A stretch of 64,000 nt of DNA, taken from the IMG/VR virus record IMGVR_UViG_3300013383_000020, positions 1 to 64,000 of that record; one strand, 5' to 3'. Made by a program: the position numbers and the translations under genes. The stretch is from a virus. Its lineage: Duplodnaviria > Caudoviricetes. Shown here one piece after another: positions 20,495 through 28,502 of this stretch (positions within the stretch are counted from its first letter, which is position 1; each line of letters starts with the position of its first letter). The notes beneath the pieces were generated by a model. That model searched no databases and was not told where the DNA came from. It saw nothing but the letters and a program-made list of their open reading frames with translations.

Positions 20495-21585
20495 ATGATA
20501 ATAGGAGAGTAATAACCTCTCCTTATTATGTAGAATGATAAGATCTACTGCCGGGCGATTATCAGCCGACCGACAAAAGAGAATGTTGAAAATTCTCTGA
20601 AATGTAATATTATCCAGTAGCTACGCCACATCGGAATCGAACCGAAATCTTCTCCTATATGAGACGCATGTTCCAATCATGCTGATGACCTGGATAATGT
20701 GTTATTCTCTCATTCCTAACTCGTGTGTCTTACACGTCAAATGCATGATATGTATATGAGAGTAACCGTTCCCTAATTCACTCCCATCTCTAAAAATCAG
20801 TAACGATGATATTAGGAGAAACATCGAAACTTGCAGAACTCAATGGGAAGTTCTCAATCTTTCCCTCAGAAAAAATAGGTCTTATAATGCTACATGAATA
20901 GCAAATGCCAAGATGTGTGTTTGATTGATTTTCTCATATTTCAATTGAAACCGTGACGCTGTATCAATCCAATAACGGTTCACTATATTGTGATTCTTAT
21001 TGACTAACAGGATTACTTTACGTTTGCTGCAATCAGACGTATATATTTAATTAAGTACTTCAATCCATAGGCTTCGCAAGTTTCTATGGGGAACAGTATA
21101 CTCTTTCATATCTCGCAAGATATTACTTACTGGTCGACACGTCTGTTGACAATTATATATTCTCTGTTTAAGAATGATTTGGTTAATCTCTTAGAATACT
21201 CTCTTTAACGTATCATCCACGAGATCAATACTTGCGACAATCTACTTTACCAAAAAGCTGATTATCTTCGCAGAGTTCCGATACCTTCTTATAAGCTCCT
21301 GGTATCACAAGGCATCAGATATGCAACTAAAACTCACTTCTGAATACATATCCTCTCCAACTTATTTCATACTCAAGGTTGATGCCCTATTTTGTGCTAT
21401 CTCCCATATAGAACGGTAGGCTTGGGTCTCCTTGTATTTTATTCTCTGTTCGAGAATGTTTTCTGTAAAACTCTACCAACGAATTGATAGAGCACCCCTA
21501 CTCTTGTAAAAGTGTAGGCAGCTTATATTCTGAATTGTCCAATTAAGGATTCGTTCTATATATTTATTCTCTGTTTTGGAATATT

Positions 21586-21615
21586 TTGACATGAATTGTC
21601 GTGATATGATATAAT
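21586..21615 (+). promoter_or_regulatory. SigmaA promoter of type I toxin mRNA
   Basis: TTGACA-18-TATAAT with TGn extension. Confidence 0.75.
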
Positions 21616-21724
21616 GGCAATAAGGCACTACTAAGTACGGTAGGCGGTTGTCCTCTCATGGGAGTACAAGCCCATTTCTACATAGAAACCTTTCGAGGAA
21701 TCTTGCGAAAGGAGGACATTCTTT

Positions 21725-21808
21725 ATGGTAAGTTTTTCAGATTTATTTACTTATACACTAGTTATAATTGCCATTATTACTCTTGTTAGTAATAGAAAAG
21801 AAAAATAG
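21725..21808 (+). CDS. 27-aa hydrophobic holin-like type I toxin peptide
   Basis: MVSFSDLFTYTLVIIAIITLVSNRKEK after AAAGGAGG; one transmembrane segment plus basic tail; opposite strand to surrounding genes. Confidence 0.75.
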   Translation: MVSFSDLFTYTLVIIAIITLVSNRKEK

Positions 21809-21944
21809 CCGCCCCGTCCTAGGAAAACGAGCGACTAGATTTCTTTAGTCTTTTTAGTATTTCGGACAACCGTTGCTGTTATACGGTAGTGTCTTTTTAT
21901 CTTTAATTCCTTTGTATTGTAACACATATTGAGAGAGGGTGCAA
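21800..21944 (-). ncRNA. Putative antisense antitoxin RNA and its promoter
   Basis: Minus-strand TTGCAC-17-TACAAT (21944-21916) converging on the toxin 3' UTR, which contains hairpins. Confidence 0.6.
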
Positions 21945-22031
21945 GTGGGAATTAGGTTGGTGTTAGACGAAGGCTTCATCGGCATCTTCAGTGTCCTCAC
22001 GAATGACATACATCTGAGTGGTTTCGGAAGA

Positions 22032-23066
22032 TTATTTGCTCTCAGATTCATTTTTCTCTTTTAAAGCATTAATTTTTTCCATAACTTCTGCCTTAGTTTT
22101 AGGCTTGCAATAAAAGGAACGAGTTGTTTCTGTCGATTTGTGATTGGCAAGCTCGGCTGCTAATGCTAAATCGCCAGTTTCTTCATAAACCAAATTTAGA
22201 CGGGATTTTCGTTGGCAATGCGGACGATAATCAGAAATTTGAATGATTTCACCATATTTTCTCATTCTGTCTCTGATAGCACTATCACCCATAGGTTTAT
22301 ATTTCCCTTTATATTTTGTAATCAACAACGAATCACATTCTAAATGGTCATAATCATTCTTACGCATCTCAAGCCACTCTTGGATGAGTTCTTTTGCAAC
22401 ACTCCCAAAAACAACCTGCGTATGGTAACCCTCTTTTTCCCTTATGTCAACGAACATATTATGTTCCAAGTCAAGCTTAGATAATTGTAGTTTTAACAAC
22501 GCACCAATTCTATTTGCGGAGTCAAAACTTACTTCAAATAAAATCTGGTCTTGAATTGAATACTTATCATTTTCAGATAACTCTCTGCGGATTGTTTGAA
22601 CTTGTTCTTCTGTAAGAAAATAAGAATTCAAAATATGTTCCTCATTAGCTTTCTTCATTCTATCAAGTTTCCCATCAAAAGGATGGTATTTAACAAAACC
22701 ACGTTTCATAGACCAAATATAGAATGAACTAACAGCAGAGATTTTCATGTTGATAATCTTTTTATGATTCAGAAGTGTTTCCTGACAGAACATAATATAG
22801 TTCTCCATAATATCAACGGCATTCTCCATAAACTCATCTGAATACAAATCTAAATCTCCATAATTTTCACCTAACCACATAAGAAAATGACGAAATAATC
22901 CTTCATATCTTTTATATGTAGTATCTTTAACGTCCTGATTTTTAATAATATTTGATTGGAGATATTTTTTATATTTTTTCAAGTTATCAGGATTTATAAA
23001 TTTTTCCTTATCTTTAGTAAAATATTTTACCCTTGTTACATGTGCCACTAAATCACTTCCTTTCAT
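22032..23066 (-). CDS. Tyrosine recombinase/integrase
   Basis: Catalytic R (SANRIG), HxxR (PHCQRK), H (ANHKS), Y (TTRSFY); likely start GTG 23048. Confidence 0.9.
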   Translation of the reverse strand: MKGSDLVAHVTRVKYFTKDKEKFINPDNLKKYKKYLQSNIIKNQDVKDTTYKRYEGLFRHFLMWLGENYGDLDLYSDEFMENAVDIMENYIMFCQETLLNHKKIINMKISAVSSFYIWSMKRGFVKYHPFDGKLDRMKKANEEHILNSYFLTEEQVQTIRRELSENDKYSIQDQILFEVSFDSANRIGALLKLQLSKLDLEHNMFVDIREKEGYHTQVVFGSVAKELIQEWLEMRKNDYDHLECDSLLITKYKGKYKPMGDSAIRDRMRKYGEIIQISDYRPHCQRKSRLNLVYEETGDLALAAELANHKSTETTRSFYCKPKTKAEVMEKINALKEKNESESK

Positions 23067-23092
23067 AACAAAAAGAAGTAGAATAGTGATAA

Positions 23093-24042
23093 CTAAGCTA
23101 CTTCTTTGATAAAATCTAATAAAATTGTTTCGGTATTTTTAAATTCCCAATATGGAATTTCTAATAATGGTATGTTATTATTTTTACAATATGTACGTTT
23201 AGTATTGTCACTAAGCTGATTCCTTTTAAATAGGTTATTAGCCCATTCAATGCCCTTACCTGCAAAGTCAATTGGTTCATAGTGCTGTATTCCTTGATAT
23301 TCACACAAACCAATGAGATTATTATTGTTAAATATTGCAAAGTCAAACGGTAATGGTAATTGCATCCTACAATCATCAAAACAATATTGCGTTTGATATT
23401 GAATATTATTTTTGTCTAAAATATTTTCAATATATTTTTCACCTTTTGAAGCAGAACAATGAGGACAACAGTTTCCATTTTTATGTTATTAAAATTGGAT
23501 TCCCATGATTTACCACAAATATCACACTTAAATAGGCTCAATTCTCTTATATTTCCACAATATTCAATACATTGAAATGTCTTATCGTTTTCTCTCAACC
23601 AATTATTTACTTCTTCTATATCTGAGATTTTCTTAACTCCTGCACATACTGGACATCCTTTTCCTGATTTAATATTACTTACTTTTCCATTCCATTCAAA
23701 TCCGTCAATCATACATCTAAATCTGGAATTACTACTTGCCGATTTACCATCGTAATAAATACATTTAATTTTACGATTATGTTTACTAAGCCAATTATTA
23801 ACTTCATCAATCCCGCTTATTTTAGTAGACCTACCACACATAGGACATCCAATTGACTTAGAATGAGTAAGTGCATCCAATGTTGATTCCCATTCATATT
23901 TATCTTTATTACAACGAAAAATGCTTTTTGCTTTAAAATTTCCACCATATTTAACACAAATTAAACCGTTAAGGTTCATTTGTTTTAAATATTCTGTACA
24001 TTCTTCTGCATTTTTAAATCTGTTATTTCTATTGTTTCCCAT
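23093..24042 (-). pseudogene. Frameshifted zinc-ribbon-repeat, restriction-endonuclease-like homing endonuclease
   Basis: Repeats ending in GCPxC; adding one A in the A-run at ~23480 joins 23416-24042 to ...CPHCSASKGE..LPFDF..EYQGIQHY..KR.YC..NNIPLLEIPYW. Confidence 0.8.
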
Positions 24043-24431
24043 AATTTTTACCTTTACCCTTTCACCTTACCCAATACCAATAAAAATAGAATGGGAGAGA
24101 GGGGTAAGGTAATAAACTCTACTCAAATCGGTTTGCAACTCCGATTTGTCCCATTCCATAAATCCCACAACCAGCTATGACACCAATCATGAGCGCATAT
24201 ATTTATTCTCTGTTTCCAATACAGAAACAGCAAAAATGGACAACCGAGGAATCGAACCCCGACTAAGAACCATCTCGCCCCATACAAAAAGAGTGTGCAG
24301 TTCACACCACACACTCTTACAAGACATATTTTTCTTTTTAACCCTTAAATTGACCTTAAAACGCCAAATATGTCACCAATAACATAAAATTAAATTATTA
24401 ACATAAAATATGTTACAATTAACAAATTATG

Positions 24432-25118
24432 TTAATATCTCCAAAGATCTACCAATAAAGGATGCAGATATCTATTTGTGTTATATGTAAAACGAGGCTT
24501 TACAACATCTGGAAAACTAAATAAATATTCCCAATAATTATCATCATTAAAATGTTCATTCCAATCTTCATCAAACTTTTTTACAGCTCGATCATACTCA
24601 TCCTTAGATACCTTTTTACCATTAATTTTGTAAGTCACTTTAGTATCTTCAATAGACTCGTCTTCATCGTAGTCATCACATTCATCCGTAACATCTTCAG
24701 AATCATCTAACTCAGCAATATTAAACTCGTTCATAATACAACTAGAATCTTTATTCTGCTTAATAAAAGCTGAATCCACATCACCGTGCACAAACACAAT
24801 ATCTGTATCATCTACATAAATATACTTACCATCATCGAATTTAGCTGCTTGTACCCATATGCTCATATCAGAATCAATAGTAAGCACAAAAGCATCGTTA
24901 TAACCATCCCAGTAAGGATGATTTAGGTCATTACAAGACACTAACTTATAATTTGTATTTTTAAGAAGAGAATTAAGAATCTCAATCATCGCATCATATT
25001 TAGCAACAACTAAAATCTTTGAATAATCCTTTTCTTTTTCGTAAATAAACAATTTTTCGTAAGTGTCATCTAAATACTCAATAAAATCATAAGTATCCTC
25101 AAAATTGAAAGTCTTCAA
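24432..25118 (-). CDS. Acidic phage hypothetical protein
   Basis: 228-aa ORF, GGTGGTG RBS and TTG start. Confidence 0.65.
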   Translation of the reverse strand: MKTFNFEDTYDFIEYLDDTYEKLFIYEKEKDYSKILVVAKYDAMIEILNSLLKNTNYKLVSCNDLNHPYWDGYNDAFVLTIDSDMSIWVQAAKFDDGKYIYVDDTDIVFVHGDVDSAFIKQNKDSSCIMNEFNIAELDDSEDVTDECDDYDEDESIEDTKVTYKINGKKVSKDEYDRAVKKFDEDWNEHFNDDNYWEYLFSFPDVVKPRFTYNTNRYLHPLLVDLWRY

Positions 25119-25137
25119 TATTTGTCACCACCTTAAT

Positions 25138-25455
25138 TTAAGCAAGTGTCTTTACCGACTTACTAATAGAGAACTTGATTTCGTCATGTTCAGGTACATA
25201 CCAAGCCTTACCACCTGCGAGTGCAGCAACACCAGACTTCTCTGCTACATGTTTTGCTGAAAAACTACCAACGCCAGGAAGAGGAATCTTTTCCGTCTTA
25301 TTATCTGTAAGATTATCAAATACACACTCTGCAAAAGCTCTAAGGATCGCTTCTGTTTCCTTCTTCGTAATCTTATACTTTGCTTCCTCCAAATCAGCGT
25401 TCATAATGTCTGTAGCTCTCTCTGAAACTTCCTTAATCATAAAATCCTTTGTCAT
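25138..25455 (-). CDS. HU/IHF-like DNA-binding protein (SPbeta YonN-like)
   Basis: MTK..IKEVS, ITKKETE, LPGVGSF, VP....IKF..SK.VK pattern. Confidence 0.85.
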   Translation of the reverse strand: MTKDFMIKEVSERATDIMNADLEEAKYKITKKETEAILRAFAECVFDNLTDNKTEKIPLPGVGSFSAKHVAEKSGVAALAGGKAWYVPEHDEIKFSISKSVKTLA

Positions 25456-25643
25456 TTTTTTAAACTCCTTTTCTTTCCTTAATATTTTTATACTATACCT
25501 TTTGGCAATATTTTATATTTTTGCCGAAATATAATAGAAGAGGGTAGCGGCTACGATGAGTCCATTCCCTCATATGTGGCTTCGTCAGCCAAATTAACCA
25601 TAGGTTGTTTCCATTTATTTAACGCCAGTCGGATTCTGGTCTG

Positions 25644-26882
25644 TTAATTTAAAATAAATTTATAAGTCTCTATATGTCCATACTTTTTATCATATCCGTA
25701 TATACAACAAGAAGGTTTTGCACCTTTCATAAGTTTTTCACTATATGGACAACTACCAATAAAACTTGGACATATAATTACTTCACAATCTGTATCCGAC
25801 ATTTCACCTACTGTGCCAATTTTGGCTGCATGGTAATGTGCTAAAAATACAGTAGTATAAAATGTTTTTTTATGATATGTAAGATCCTTTAATGCATTAT
25901 CAATATTGTTGATCGTATGACCATGCATTGCAATTGTCTTAAAATCAAAAATAGGGATTTCAATATATTCATATCCAAAGTTCATATGCGGAGTAATTCG
26001 AGGATTATTTGCCAATACATCTTTAATATAGTTGCAAATAATATATTCAACATCCTCAGATGCAATTTCACTTGCTTTTGTTCCAAGTGGACGTATCTGA
26101 GAATGATTAGATGTAGGGCAGTGATAATAGTCAATAAAACAATATTCAGATAAGTCATTCAAAAATCTTGCAATAGTTTTTGCAACAAATACAGTAGCTT
26201 CTACAACAGAAGATTCATTTAACTGTAAATCACTTAATCTGAGGATTCCTTGGATATCATCACCCATACATAGAATTTTTAAATTAGAGATGTTTTTATC
26301 TAAAACAAAATGCACAACATCATCGTAAAGTTTTTCAAATCTCTTTGTGACTTCTTCAAGAGAATACTTATTCGTTTCAGTTGTAAAATTTGCACCTGCA
26401 TGAATATCTGCAATAGATAAAATATATTCATTTTTCTGATTTAAAGTATCAACATATCTAAATTTTGGAACTTCATATAAAGATACTTCATTTGCCACAT
26501 TCTCATAGAATAATTCAAATCTACTCTGTTGTCTTACTTGACGTGAATACTCTGTTTTTGTGGCATATAATTTATTTCGTTCTTTCTGTAGTTCTCTTTT
26601 TTGAAACTGCAACTCTTTAAAATATGAATCGTCTTTATTATCAAAATTATCCAGACTATTTTTCCACTTATAATATTCTGACACAAAAGCAGAACCTATA
26701 AGTGGCGGTTGTGAACCTTTACGAATAGTATCAGGATTAAACTCAAGTCCATATCTAGTACAAATTTCTGACCAATCATCATCCGAAATATGTTGCACCT
26801 TATTAGAACAATCCTGTAAAAGTTGTTCATATTTCTCCTGATCTAATCCGTATTTTGCTAATTCTTCTTCAAAATTAAACAA
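25644..26882 (-). CDS. Metallophosphoesterase-fold protein (SPbeta YonJ-like)
   Basis: ADIHAG, MGDDIQG, SNHS, MHGH and AHYH motifs. Confidence 0.8.
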   Translation of the reverse strand: MFNFEEELAKYGLDQEKYEQLLQDCSNKVQHISDDDWSEICTRYGLEFNPDTIRKGSQPPLIGSAFVSEYYKWKNSLDNFDNKDDSYFKELQFQKRELQKERNKLYATKTEYSRQVRQQSRFELFYENVANEVSLYEVPKFRYVDTLNQKNEYILSIADIHAGANFTTETNKYSLEEVTKRFEKLYDDVVHFVLDKNISNLKILCMGDDIQGILRLSDLQLNESSVVEATVFVAKTIARFLNDLSEYCFIDYYHCPTSNHSQIRPLGTKASEIASEDVEYIICNYIKDVLANNPRITPHMNFGYEYIEIPIFDFKTIAMHGHTINNIDNALKDLTYHKKTFYTTVFLAHYHAAKIGTVGEMSDTDCEVIICPSFIGSCPYSEKLMKGAKPSCCIYGYDKKYGHIETYKFILN

Positions 26883-26897
26883 TCAGTCACCAACTCT

Positions 26898-27116
26898 CTA
26901 CTCTATTTCTGTAGGCTCATCAAGTTCTTCCTCGTCCTTAACCTTCACATTTATTTCGATAGGCGCACCATTAAAACCTGATAGGAGAGTAGATAACTTT
27001 TTCTCTTCTCCGTCTACATCAATCGTTAAATTGTCGCTATCTAAAATTCCTGCGACCTTCATTGCAGTCGTAACCGTCTTTTTATACGCAAAATTTGCCA
27101 ATTCCTTTTCCTCCAT
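26898..27116 (-). CDS. Small protein (SPbeta YonK-like)
   Basis: 72 aa immediately upstream of the YonJ-like gene; L..F.G..I.I.VK...E. Confidence 0.6.
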   Translation of the reverse strand: MEEKELANFAYKKTVTTAMKVAGILDSDNLTIDVDGEEKKLSTLLSGFNGAPIEINVKVKDEEELDEPTEIE

Positions 27117-27172
27117 AACATTAAAAATTCCTACCAGACTTATATCTACTAGGATTACAATAATTGTCTTTT

Positions 27173-27430
27173 TTACCTTTTTTGTTTTCGAGTATCCAAT
27201 ATTTCCTGAATTTTATTACGATACCTCTTATCATCACTTAATCTATACATGCTAATGAGAGTATAATTACGTGAATTTAATGGAATTTTATCATTACACA
27301 CATTATGAATTACTGTTTTTGCTAATTGTTTACTCTTCATATGCGTATGATAATCGCCATCAATATCAGTACGTGTCACTCGAAATGTTCCATCTTGAAT
27401 TCTTTCAATTTTGAAATCTTGTTCATTCAT
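27173..27430 (-). CDS. Conserved phage hypothetical protein
   Basis: HTH.KS..AK and L.S..RLS.D..Y motifs; an extra A near 27180 may truncate a KGKKDNY tail. Confidence 0.65.
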   Translation of the reverse strand: MNEQDFKIERIQDGTFRVTRTDIDGDYHTHMKSKQLAKTVIHNVCNDKIPLNSRNYTLISMYRLSDDKRYRNKIQEILDTRKQKR

Positions 27431-27533
27431 AGGCAGAACCTACTTATAATAACTTTTCAATTTCATTCTTAGAAATTTGTTTGATAATTTTCACATCCTT
27501 TGCCTTATTTCCTGCTGAACAGCAGAAGAGTAG

Positions 27534-27605
27534 CTGGCTAGATAGGACTTGAACCTACAACCTTTTCCTTAACGGGGAATTGCTCTACCATTGAGCTACT
27601 AACCA
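27534..27605 (-). tRNA. tRNA-Asn(GTT), atypical
   Basis: Cloverleaf with acceptor TGGTTAG/CTAGCCA; anticodon loop CCGTTAA has C at position 33. Confidence 0.75.
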
Positions 27606-27688
27606 AAATTAGAAAAATCCGATGATCATACAATCAGAAAGAAAGCACAACCATCGGCACATAGAAAGAGAGGTATTGAAATAATCGA

Positions 27689-28302
27689 AATAATGAATAT
27701 ATAATTATAGCAACTGCACCCCTTCGGGCTACTTCTAATAGACGCACTAATATTCAGTCAATACAAACACAAGTCTGAGCATACACACCGTCGTATATAT
27801 ACTTCTTGTGCTATGGGAAACACCCAACATAGTGCATACGGAATTGGTTATCCGCAAGCCTCGTCCATCATTCAGAATCGTTAATATCTTGTAATTTTAT
27901 ATGTACTTAGAATATACATCCTATTATGACTACCTTGGACTACTACTTCCTGCAACTCATCTTATTGTGCGAATTTCTTCACACTCACGGCAGAACTGAC
28001 TTATTTGGTATTCCCTTACTTACCTCCTATAAGTTACCAGCTCATAGGCATCAGGGTTCAGCATTACAGTGCAACTCTCTATTACGTCAGCGATGAGAAC
28101 AGAACCTTTTATTACGTTTATTATCAGTACACATGCTTGTCTTTAGTGGTTTCCACAGTATTCTAATATATCTCACGACATTTCGAAGCACACCATTATA
28201 AAGTATCCCATATAATAATATACCGACATCCACATGCTCTCAGCACGGTGATTAAACCGATCTTCACTGAGTTCCAATAACTATAATTATGTATTCATTA
28301 TT
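27689..28302 (-). ncRNA. Large structured ncRNA, ROOL-like (~610 nt)
   Basis: ORF-free; ends form a ~24-bp stem (AATAATGAATACATAATTATAGT / GCTATAATTATATATTCATTATT); many internal hairpins; adjacent to a phage tRNA; family call rests on size, context and recall. Confidence 0.65.
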
Positions 28303-28502
28303 CAATTGTATTTTTTGAAACATAGCCACATACAAAGCCTGTGGCTAGGCTATAAAAATATGTCAAAACATGTTCCCATATTTATATTCCGCATTGGATA
28401 CAAGCGGCATAGGTACTTGCGAAAATTCACTTCCCCTATCATTTATGGACTTAACTAACGATTAAAAAAACACGTATTTAAGCCATTTTTTGAACCTAAA
28501 TT

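Noticed and set aside
25545-25600. Hammerhead ribozyme (CTGACGA on minus strand)
   Set aside because: The motif sits in a small hairpin and no matching GAAA/stem II-III arrangement could be built.
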